64,000 bases of DNA from a bacterium (lineage in GTDB: Bacteria > RBG-13-61-14 > DATKZS01), in NCBI GenBank assembly GCA_963674965.2, contig CAXXFL010000005.1:1-64000 (forward strand). The letters are read 5' to 3'. This document shows positions 1-7,488 of this stretch, piece by piece. Positions within the stretch are counted from its first letter, which is position 1, and the number at the start of each line of letters is the position of its first letter. The notes under the pieces were generated by a model that saw only the letters and a list, made by a program, of their open reading frames with translations, searched no databases and had not been told where the DNA came from. The position numbers and the translations under genes were made by a program.

Positions 1-533
1 TTTGCCGAGGTCAACATTGACAAGAGCTAAATCAAGTTCTTTTAGGTTCTCAGGAAACCGGAAATCTCCATGAGGGATAACGGCGCCATCCTCTGAGCCC
101 ACCTCGAATTTTTTCATACCCTCTATGACATGCTTGGCTGTGGCAACAAGATCAGGACCGACGATGAATCCGGTTCCAATACCTTCGCCACTGGGATTAT
201 AAATTTTTACAACGCTGTCCTTCCATCTTTCAACGATTGTAGTTGGACCAAAGATATATTCAATATAGGAGTTTTCCAATAATAACTCTGCTCCAACTTG
301 GGAAATAACTCGGTAGAGTGTTCGAGGATTATCATCTGTCGGGGAAGGTTCAAGCAAAAGTTCAGTTTCCAACTTCCTGAAGATTCTCTCAAGTCTCGCC
401 TTGACTTCCTTCCTGTCTCGGCCAATAGCCAAAACTTTGGCCAAGTACCCCAGCGTAATAGCCGGACCAATCCATAAGTCTGGAGGTGGAGGCCCATTAA
501 TGTTCACCTTGGCCCACGCCTCACGCTCCGGAA
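1..533 (-). pseudogene. Trypsin-like (S1) serine protease with N-terminal helical domain; 5' end cut by IS3, 3' end runs off the window
   Basis: Not in the ORF track. Manual translation gives an open frame ...VVKIYNPSGEGIGTGFIVGPDLVATAKHVIEG...ELDLALVNVDLGK with the GxGF, TAxH (catalytic His) and DLAL (catalytic Asp) motifs. The frame abuts the IS3 end at 534. Confidence 0.8.
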
Positions 534-568
534 TGTGTCAAGCAAAATGAGACACGCCTTTCCTGAAT

Positions 569-1585
569 TTAGTGTGGCAAACTGTTTATTTCCTCCGGTT
601 TCGCCGGTGGGTTGATCCACGCTTTGCCGGGCAACTCCGGCGCCGTCGGCGGTCTTTTCACGAAGCGCTCCGGTTTTTTTTCATAGGCGTGGTCGAGCGT
701 TTTTTGCCTGGCGGCCACGATCTCGCTCGCCATTCCGTAATGGACCATCTCGGGCGTCATCAGGCCGATCCCGGTGTGCCGATGCTCGCGGTTGTACCAA
801 TCGAAAAACTTCACGCAAAAGGCCCTGGCGTCCTCGATGGAGCCGAACCGGCTCGGGAACTCGGGCCGGTACTTCATGGTCTTGAACTGGCTTTCCGAGT
901 AGGGGTTGTCGTCGGACACGTGGGGCCGCGAGTGGCTCTTGGTCACGCCCAGGTCGGCCATCAAGAAGGCCACCGGCTTTGATTTCATCGAACTCCCCCG
1001 GTCGGCGTGGATGGTGAGTTGTCCCGGCTCGATCCCCTGTTTTCGGATGCTGTCCCCGATCAGGCGGCGGGCCAGCTCCGCGCTTTCGCGTCCGGCGATC
1101 ATCCATCCCACCACGCAGCGGCTGAAGATGTCCATGATCACGTAGAGTTGGTAGCAGGTCCATTTGGCCGGTCCCTTGAGTTTGGTGACGTCCCAGGACC
1201 AGACCTGGTTGGGGGCCTCGGCCAGCAACTCGGGTTTTTTGTATCGGGGACGCCGGAGTTGGTTGCGCCGCTCCCGGACTTCCTTTTCCGAGTCGAGGAC
1301 GCGGTACATGGTGCGGACCGAGCACAGCCATGTCCCCTCGTCCAGGAGCGTTGCCCAGACCTCGCGGGGGGCCTTGTCGGCAAAGCGCTCGGAGTGGAGT
1401 TCGTCCAGCACCCGGCGCCGCTCGTCCTCGCTCAACGACCTTGCCGGCTTGGCCGCGCGCCTCGGCGGCGGAGGCCCGAAGGGAATTTTAGCGCGACGAT
1501 TAAACGTTGCTCGCGACAGGCCCAGGGCCTCGCAGGCGGCCTTGGCGCCGACCCGGGGAGCGGCCGTGCTTGCCGATTCCATCAT
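569..1585 (-). CDS. IS3 transposase OrfB (DDE integrase core)
   Basis: PNQVWSWDVT, DIFSRCVVGW, HADRGS, DNPYSESQFKTMK, WYNREHRH motifs. Confidence 0.95.
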   Translation of the reverse strand: MMESASTAAPRVGAKAACEALGLSRATFNRRAKIPFGPPPPRRAAKPARSLSEDERRRVLDELHSERFADKAPREVWATLLDEGTWLCSVRTMYRVLDSEKEVRERRNQLRRPRYKKPELLAEAPNQVWSWDVTKLKGPAKWTCYQLYVIMDIFSRCVVGWMIAGRESAELARRLIGDSIRKQGIEPGQLTIHADRGSSMKSKPVAFLMADLGVTKSHSRPHVSDDNPYSESQFKTMKYRPEFPSRFGSIEDARAFCVKFFDWYNREHRHTGIGLMTPEMVHYGMASEIVAARQKTLDHAYEKKPERFVKRPPTAPELPGKAWINPPAKPEEINSLPH

Positions 1586-2121
1586 TCGCTCTCTTCGCCG
1601 GGCGGCTTGGCCAGGGGTATCCCCAGCAGATCGGCAACTTTTTTTTGGAAGTCGATTATCATCTCGGCCTGTTCGAGCCGCTTTTGGAGCTTCCCGTTCT
1701 CGCGCTCGAGGCGGGCCACTTCATCGGCCAGCGGGTTTTTGGCCTTGGGCTTGCGGCCCCGCTTTACGGGCGAAAGCGCTTTCAAGGCCCCCTCGTCCCG
1801 CTGCTTGCGCCAGGCCGTCAGGTGCGACGAATAAAGGCCCTCCCGGCGCAGCAGGGCGCCGACCTCGCCATGCCCCGAGCAGGCGTCGGCCTTCCCGAGG
1901 ATTGCGAGCTTGTAAGCCGCGGTGAAGCGCCGCCGGGCGGGCTTTTCCGGGACCTCCGGCTCGGGAAGAATGATCGGCGCCCCCACCCGCTCGGGCCGCT
2001 TGGCAGGAGTGTCCTCCGGCTCGGCCGTCCCGGTTGGGGAGACTCCGGTCGCCCTACGGGCTCCCTCCGTCTCCCCAACAATCCCTGCCTTCTTCCTGTC
2101 TTCATCCATCTCTCTATACAT
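1582..2121 (-). CDS. IS3 transposase OrfA (HTH); A8 slippery tract at 1639-1646 leads into OrfB by -1 frameshift
   Basis: RRRFTAAYKLAIL...LLRREGLYSSHLTAWR HTH and leucine-zipper-like tail; CAA AAA AAA GTT, with the -1 frame open through to OrfB. Confidence 0.9.
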   Translation of the reverse strand: MYREMDEDRKKAGIVGETEGARRATGVSPTGTAEPEDTPAKRPERVGAPIILPEPEVPEKPARRRFTAAYKLAILGKADACSGHGEVGALLRREGLYSSHLTAWRKQRDEGALKALSPVKRGRKPKAKNPLADEVARLERENGKLQKRLEQAEMIIDFQKKVADLLGIPLAKPPGEESE

Positions 2122-2185
2122 CCTAATACCTCCCCCGCCCTACAGTAATTTAACATAGGGGAAGTGTCTCATCTACGTTGGCACA

Positions 2186-2280
2186 GAGGGCTCCTTACGG
2201 AATTCGACCTCATTGCTTCCGTGAAGATACGCATATTCCAACACAGCCCCACATGAATCTCCATCGAATCTATGTGCCAT
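2186..2280 (-). pseudogene. 5' gene fragment (MAHRFDGDSCGAVLEYAYLHGSNEVEFRKEP) cut by IS3; possibly the start of the protease gene
   Basis: ATG at 2280 with GGAGG RBS and extended -10 TGATATAAT (2309-2317, minus strand); truncated at the IS end. Confidence 0.5.
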
Positions 2281-2340
2281 TGTTTTTCCTCCCAGAGTAA
2301 TCCTTCCCATTATATCACGCACCAACATCATGCGCTCCTT

Positions 2341-2967
2341 CTGCTGCCGATTACAATGACCTCCCGCACTCCGCACTTCCGGCGTGATGATGTCGCGGAC
2401 CGGTTAATGGTAATGCGATTGAAGAGGTTTGAGCGACATGAATACAGGGCGGAAAACGAGATGCTTGATGACGTGATTCAGAACCGCGACGCAATCATGT
2501 CAGAAGTGGCCAATAACATTCAGGACATCATTGGCGCCCTCGACAAATTTCGCAACATTAAGACACCCGGTTTTCGCATGGCGGACTTCGGGGCCTTCGC
2601 CGTGCGCGTGGCGGCGATGGGTGGCCCCGATGTTGAAGCCGAGGTAAAAGCGGCTCTGGCCTTGATGGAACGGGAACAGCACGTGTTCGCCGAAGAAGGC
2701 GACCCGGACCTGACCCTGTTGAAGCGGTGGATACAACAGTATCCGGGCAAATCCATAACCAATTCAGATTTGTGCTCCGAGCTTGAAAGGATTTCGATCC
2801 TTGATCGAAAGACCTTCAATTATGCCGGGAACCCGATAGGTTTTGGCCGCCGAATGAGTTCGATGAGAGATGCCTTGATTGCCGAGGGCTATGAGGTTGT
2901 GGAAGAGCCCAGGAAGACGAACAACAAGACTTGGTACAGATATTCTCCGCCTTCCTGCTTCATCTGA
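2341..2967 (+). pseudogene. C-terminal remnant of a primase/helicase-type replication protein of a phage satellite or integrative element
   Basis: ITMTS...DDVADRLMVMRL and RMADFGAF motifs plus a wHTH-like tail (NPIGFGRRMSSMRDAL), resembling mobile-element primase-ATPases; no plausible start or Walker A, so 5'-truncated (left boundary approximate). Confidence 0.55.
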
Positions 2968-3205
2968 ACTGTTGGCGTGAAAGTAGGATGAAATGGAAAT
3001 TCCTGTGGTCTTAATTCGATTCCTAACTTGCGCGGAGTCCACTTATAAGGCCGGGAAGTGAGAGAAAGTTAAGATCATTAAGATTTAGAACCATCTTTCC
3101 GCTATGAGGAGGGGCGGACACAATCGACGGGAGAGGCGTAAGGGTAGAGCGGAAGACGCTCTAATTATTAATTTCTTAACTCGGGGCGGGAAAGCCAGAC
3201 GGCTA

Positions 3206-4200
3206 GAGCACTTCACGTTTGTAATGTCGTATAACCGCACGAAAAAAAATAGCCCTTAGCATCGCTGGCCGTAATGGAAGATAATGCCTCGCTTATTGCC
3301 GCGATTAATCGAGGATGCGTTCGCGCCTTGGCGGAGCGTAAATGATTCTTCACCTTGCTCCACATCTTTTCGATCGGATTGAAATCGGGACTGTACGGAG
3401 GCAGGAACACCAAGCGGGCGCCGAGGGCCTCGATAATCTCCCGACTTTGGGCGTCCTTGTGCACCGAGAGATTATCGGCGACCACCACGTCGCCCGGCCG
3501 CAAGGTCGGGCCAAGGATGTGCCTGACGTAAGACCGAAAAACCTCACGGTTCGCGGAACCCTCGATCGCCATGCAACTCACCTGCCCGTCAAAACGAATC
3601 GAGCCGATCATCGTCGTGGTATGCCAATGACCATGGGGGGCGTGATCACGGACTCTCTGGCCCCGGCGGCCCCGCCCGCGGTGGCGGGTCATGTTGGTCT
3701 TGGCGCCAGACTCGTCGATGAATACCAGCCGCCGAGCATCGCCGAGCATCGGACCCGCGCTCCACTCCAGGCGGGAATGGATCACGTCAGGCCGGTTTTG
3801 TTCGCTGGCCGAAAGCGTTTTTTTTTAGGCTGTACCCCAAGCGCGCAACGGCGCGCTGCACCGCCATGAGGGAACACGACTTGCCCGTGAGTTCGCGCAA
3901 CTCATCAAGAGTCGCGTCCGGGTGGCGAGCAATAAGGCCGTCCAAACGCTTAAGGTCGGCGCCGCGATAAACGGCGGCGCGGTGGCCACGTTTACCCGGC
4001 TCGGTCGAGCCATGTTCCCGGTACTGCTTGAGCCAGCGTTGAAAGGTGCGCGTACTGACCCGAAAGATGGCGGCGACCTCCAATTGCGTGTAATCGCCGG
4101 TCTGATAGGCGGCAAGCGCCCGCTCGCGAATCTCTGAAGATGATATTCCCATGACAAGAGAATACCACAATCAATACGTCATGTCAATCGTTAAGTGCTC
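3206..4200 (-). mobile_element. IS630-family element, copy 1 (995 bp)
   Basis: Terminal IRs GAGCACTT...AAGTGCTC, TA duplication (3204-3205 / 4201-4202) in a CTAG target; appears identical to 41642-42636. Confidence 0.95.
3213..4152 (-). CDS. IS630 transposase, two ORFs joined by -1 slippage at an A9 run (3818-3826)
   Basis: N-terminal HTH ORF (MGISSSEIRERAL...PDATLDEL); DDE ORF with FIDESG, VVADNLSVH, LPPYSPDFNPIEKMW. Confidence 0.92.
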
Positions 4201-4268
4201 TAGTGGGCCTGATGGAGTTAAGTTCAGAGTTAAGCAAAGCCGGAAAGATAACCGGCGAGGAGGTAACC

Positions 4269-4423
4269 ATGAATTTTGCAGACCTATTGAAAAAGTATGC
4301 GACCGAGGGCCAGGAGGAAAATGCGAACACGAGCGAGAGGAAGCGAACACCGGTTTTGAGGTTTAAGAGGAAAAGACGCGCACCGCAGCCCTATACGGAA
4401 GATGACATGATCGAAATCCCCGG
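4269..4423 (+). pseudogene. 5' fragment of a small gene truncated by an IS630 end fragment
   Basis: GAGGAGG RBS, then MNFADLLKKYATEG...DDMIEIPG running into IS630 sequence at 4424. Confidence 0.45.
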
Positions 4424-4513
4424 TAAGCGAGGCATTATCTTCCATTACGGCCAGCGATGCTAAGGGCTATTTTTTTTCGTGCGGTTATACGACATTACAA
4501 ACGTGAAGTGCTC
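4424..4513 (+). mobile_element. 90-bp IS630 terminal fragment, inverted relative to copy 1
   Basis: Exact reverse complement of 3206-3295, ending ...AAGTGCTC followed by TAG. Confidence 0.9.
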
Positions 4514-4527
4514 TAGGGGTCTGGCCT

Positions 4528-4588
4528 GTAATGTGGAAGTTGAATGACTCCGGGCCAAGAGGCGGGAGCGGGTTGTGGAGGTTGGTGG
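4528..4588 (+). repeat. Dispersed ~65-bp repeat, copy A
   Basis: GTAATGTGGAAGTTGAATGACTCCGGGCCAAGAGGCGGG matches 6872-6911; the following CGGGTTGTGGAGGTTGGTGG matches 5605-5624. Confidence 0.7.
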
Positions 4589-4628
4589 AATCCAGAGCCT
4601 TCCCCCCTCCCGATTTGCTCAGGTGGTA

Positions 4629-4814
4629 GAGCCTCTTGCAAAATTCCCGCTTTGGAGTGCGGCGGCTCGACGCCGCTTTTCTTCCGAGCGGCTTGACGCG
4701 AGGCAAGCCGGTGTATTAATAGGCCTTGTCAAGCCAAGGCCCTCGAAAGCGATCTCAAGCGACCGCACTCCAAAGCGGCTATACCGCAAAGAATAGGACT
4801 TTTGCATGAAGCTC
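4629..4814. mobile_element. 186-bp MITE with 19-bp TIRs, GGTA target duplication and internal REP-like palindrome
   Basis: GAGCCTCTTGCAAAATTCC (4629-4647) vs reverse complement of 4796-4814, GAGCTTCATGCAAAAGTCC (16/19); GGTA at 4625-4628 and 4815-4818; internal perfect IR CCGCTTTGGAGTGCGG at 4647-4662 / 4763-4778. Confidence 0.8.
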
Positions 4815-4886
4815 GGTATGTATCTTAAAGCACGTTAATGTAACGCCCAGTCTTGAATGATTCCGAGGAAGGGGAATCAGGTCAAA

Positions 4887-4910
4887 CAGCGGACTTCTAA
4901 TCCGCAGGTT
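4887..4910 (+). other. Isolated tRNA-Arg(UCU)-like anticodon arm; possible att-core remnant
   Basis: CA-GCGGA-CTTCTAA-TCCGC-AGGTT: 5-bp stem, 7-nt loop CT-TCT-AA and AGGT variable loop, but no D-arm, T-arm or acceptor stem. Confidence 0.4.
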
Positions 4911-4978
4911 TTTGTGCTTCTGGTCTTCTGTGAGAATCTGTCAGCGCCAGCAAGCCTTCCGCTTGAATTCTATAGCGA

Positions 4979-5581
4979 TTAAGTGGAAGCGTCCCGGAAA
5001 CAGCTCCTTTGCAGGGACCCCTTAAGGTTCTCCAAGTCGAAAATGGTAAGGCAGGATATGGTCTCGGTGTCCGCCTCGTGAAGAGTGAAGTCGCGCTGGC
5101 TTGTCAGAGCCATGCAATATTGGCCCTCGTTCTTGCCGCCGCTGGCGGGATCCAACTTCAGGCGCTTGCCATTAAATAACGCCCTAACGATCTCCGTACA
5201 ACACACCCCGTCTTTGCTCGTGAGGCGGAACTTCTTCACCGTCTTACCGCCATTGGTTATGCTCATGTGGTTGTAGGTTTCGGTGATGATGAAACTTTCC
5301 CCGGCCCGCTTGAATATTCCGATGTACTGTTCCCCGAAGTAGGAGGCCGAATAGGATCCGTCATCGAGAAAATACCCGGACCACTCAACCGCCACCGGCT
5401 CCAGGGAGCCAGAGACTTCGATCACGCCATTCCCGTACGAGTCCGTCCTGGCCCAACCAATCACGTTTTTTCCCGCCGGATAATTATGTTCGTCCATGTC
5501 CCCAATATTAAGTTCAGGGAAGAAAGAATGCAATTCCGTGGCAGAATCGTGAGACACCCATATATAATGTTGGAAAGTCAA
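4979..5581 (-). CDS. Hypothetical protein, probably 5'-truncated
   Basis: 200-codon lower-GC ORF, TTG start without RBS, beginning next to a repeat fragment at 5601. Confidence 0.45.
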   Translation of the reverse strand: MTFQHYIWVSHDSATELHSFFPELNIGDMDEHNYPAGKNVIGWARTDSYGNGVIEVSGSLEPVAVEWSGYFLDDGSYSASYFGEQYIGIFKRAGESFIITETYNHMSITNGGKTVKKFRLTSKDGVCCTEIVRALFNGKRLKLDPASGGKNEGQYCMALTSQRDFTLHEADTETISCLTIFDLENLKGSLQRSCFRDAST

Positions 5582-5706
5582 CGATTCCAGGCTATACGAC
5601 GGGACGGGTTGTGGGGGTTGGTGGTTTTTCGGGTTATTTTAAGGTGAATAAGTACTCTTCAGGATGGCTCCTCGGCAGGTTCGGGACAAGATGGCCGTGT
5701 TCGGAT

Positions 5707-5857
5707 ACAGCCATGTCCCCTCGTCCAGGAGCGTTGCCCAGACCTCGCGGGGGGCCTTGTCGGCAAAGCGCTCGGAGTGGAGTTCGTCCAGCACCCGGCG
5801 CCGCTCGTCCTCGCTCAACGACCTTGCCGGCTTGGCCGCGCGCCTCGGCGGCGGAGG
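5707..5857 (-). mobile_element. 151-bp internal fragment of IS3 orfB without IS ends
   Basis: Identical to 1324-1474; flanks unrelated to IS3. Confidence 0.9.
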
Positions 5858-6084
5858 GAATACAGGATCATCCCGGAGGATGCGATTTCCAGAACAGCGG
5901 ACCTCAAGTTTGTCCTATCGATCTTGAGGGTGGGGTGATATATGCCAGCGTCCTGAGTCGTTAATTCGTTTGCAAAGTCTGCCAATTATACCGAATGCGC
6001 GAGATCGCGGTCTGCGACAGGCCGGTCTGTCGCTTCATTTAGGTTAAAGAATGATCTATATTAAAAAACAGCGGAGAAATTAAA

Positions 6085-6486
6085 ATGGAAGATTTAGAAG
6101 AACTCTTACGGGTTTCCGATGTAGCGATGGACCATGCGCGCAACCCGCGCAATCTTGGACCTCTGACTTCATTCAACGGCTATGCCCGTATCACCGGGCC
6201 TTGCGGAGACACCATGGAATTCTGGTTGTACGTCCGAAACGACAGGGTGCTCCGGGTTTCATTCAACACTGACGGGTGCGGCTCTTCGTTGGCGTGTGGA
6301 AGTATGACGACCTGCCTGGCGGAAGGGAAATCCCTTATGGATGCCACGCGATTGAGCAAACAGGATATCCTCGCCGCGCTGGGGGACTTTCCCAGGGATT
6401 CACATCATTGCGCCTTGCTCGCCTCCGAAGTTTTGCGAGCCGCCTGCGAAGATTATCGGCTGCATGGGAAATGGAAGGCCCCTTGA
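6085..6486 (+). CDS. IscU/NifU-N-type Fe-S cluster scaffold protein
   Basis: DHARNPRN, GPCGD, DGCGSSLACGS and HCALLA motifs (three conserved Cys); GGAG RBS. Confidence 0.9.
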   Translation: MEDLEELLRVSDVAMDHARNPRNLGPLTSFNGYARITGPCGDTMEFWLYVRNDRVLRVSFNTDGCGSSLACGSMTTCLAEGKSLMDATRLSKQDILAALGDFPRDSHHCALLASEVLRAACEDYRLHGKWKAP

Positions 6487-6871
6487 TTAAAAGAGAGGAT
6501 GGGGCATGTCTCATTTCCGGATAGCAATTTTGTGTCAACTCTTGAATGACTTCACCCCGAGCCTTGAGTGATTTGCGGCGTTACCGCTATCCTACCGATA
6601 AACCTTGGGGTTGGGGTAATGTATGCTGGGCAAGGGTTAGAAATGCGATCCGAATCCTCAGTCCCAACGGGCTGACCGATTATGAAGAGTTGTTTGTTGA
6701 CCTGACCAATCCCCGGGAAATTGACACGGATGATCATTTTTGCCTTAGATTTTCCATCCTGGCCTAACCTTTCAAGTTCCAGGGACGCCATACGCAACTG
6801 AGTCCGTACCTTGGTTACAGGGTGACGGCCACCGGGGGGCTTTCCTCGGTTACGCTCGGGACGGGCGGACC

Positions 6872-6940
6872 GTAACGTGGGAAATTGAATGACTCCGGGC
6901 AAAGAGGCGGGGCCGAGTCGCGGGGGTGGCGGCTTCTCGA
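6872..6940 (+). repeat. Dispersed ~65-bp repeat, copy D
   Basis: GTAACGTGGGAAATTGAATGACTCCGGGCAAAGAGGCGGG; aligns with 4528-4566, and its 3' part with 5601-5632. Confidence 0.7.
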
Positions 6941-6951
6941 TTAAAAAGCAC

Positions 6952-7103
6952 GGCGGATGGCCCGCCCGGTTTGGTAGAAACCGCGCGGTTCCCGCGAAGG
7001 GGTATAGGTAGTGGCCTCACCTCTACTCGCGACCTCGTCTTCAATCCGCTCTCCGCCGCCTCGCCGGACTCGGGGACGAGCAACCCAGCGGCTGGATTGA
7101 AAC
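6952..7103 (+). ncRNA. Candidate structured RNA ending in a CRISPR-repeat-like duplex (...GGATTGAAAC)
   Basis: Back-to-back hairpins GGCGG/CCGCC, CGGTTT/AAACCG, CGCGG/CCGCG, an irregular stem 6999-7036, then a long bulged duplex TTCAATCC/GGATTGAA, GCCGC/GCGGC, CTCG/CGAG. Strand and expression unproven. Confidence 0.35.
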
Positions 7104-7149
7104 AGGTGCTTACGGTTGTGCGTTTGAGAAAACCCCATAAGGCGATTGA

Positions 7150-7488
7150 TCACAAAGCGGGAATAAGACAGAAGAACTCGAGCTCGGATGCTCCGGTGTT
7201 TTTGAACTGATGCTTGATCCCGGGATCGACGAATATCACGTCGCCCGTCTTGAAGGGCCTGGGACCGTCGGGGGTCTCGAGCTTGCCTTCCCCGGATATA
7301 ATGAAGACCTCGTGCTCCCAGTCGTGGGCGTGGTGGGGAGTATGGCCGCCGGGAAGCACCCTGAAACGCCTCATGTGGAAAACCTTGGCGCCGTCGCCCG
7401 GGCCTATGAGCACCCTGATGAAAACGTCCTTGGCCTCGGGGTCCAGGACCCTCTCCTCGGCGATTTCAGCGTAAGCCGCTACTTTCAT
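7150..7488 (-). CDS. Cupin domain protein
   Basis: GHTPHHAHDWEHEVFIISGEG and GDVIFVDPGIKHQFKN cupin motifs; start overlaps the chlD stop. Confidence 0.9.
   Translation of the reverse strand: MKVAAYAEIAEERVLDPEAKDVFIRVLIGPGDGAKVFHMRRFRVLPGGHTPHHAHDWEHEVFIISGEGKLETPDGPRPFKTGDVIFVDPGIKHQFKNTGASELEFFCLIPAL

Larger units (their letters stand above)
534..2185 (-). mobile_element. IS3-family insertion sequence (~1.65 kb)
   Basis: 22-bp imperfect terminal inverted repeats TGTGTCAAGCAAAATGAGACAC (534-555) and reverse complement TGTGCCAACGTAGATGAGACAC (2164-2185), TG...CA ends, orfA+orfB inside; no target duplication visible. Confidence 0.93.
2963..4235. repeat. Octamer iterons (AGTTAAGA-like) in both orientations; putative replication origin split by IS630
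   Basis: TCTGAACT 2963, TCTTAATT 3009, TCCTAACT 3021, AGTTAAGA 3067, CATTAAGA 3076, TCTTAACT 3174; after the IS: AGTTAAGT 4216, AGTTCAGA 4221, AGTTAAGC 4228. Confidence 0.5.

Noticed and set aside
207-497. 96-aa ORF from the track
   Set aside because: Alternative frame overlapping the protease frame, which carries the real motifs.
4860-4940. Functional tRNA gene
   Set aside because: No acceptor stem, D-arm or GTTCGA T-loop.
4939-4950. IS21-like end TGTCAGCGCCAG
   Set aside because: Only 12 bp, no partner end or istAB; could be chance.
6501-6540. IS3-like inverted-repeat remnant (GGCATGTCTCATTT, TGTGTCAA)
   Set aside because: Partial similarity only, no associated transposase sequence.
6546-6767. 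73-aa ORF
   Set aside because: Start lies in the repeat motif, no RBS or recognisable domain; at most a gene fragment.
6762-6820. Integron attC site (GCCTAAC overlapping a stop ... GTTACAG)
   Set aside because: Weak arm pairing, 3' core is not GTTRRRY, no intI or other attC; the inner part looks more like a degenerate REP arm.
7067-7150. CRISPR array
   Set aside because: Only one ATTGAAAC-ending unit; no second repeat at spacer distance and no cas genes. Kept only as a candidate guide-RNA scaffold.
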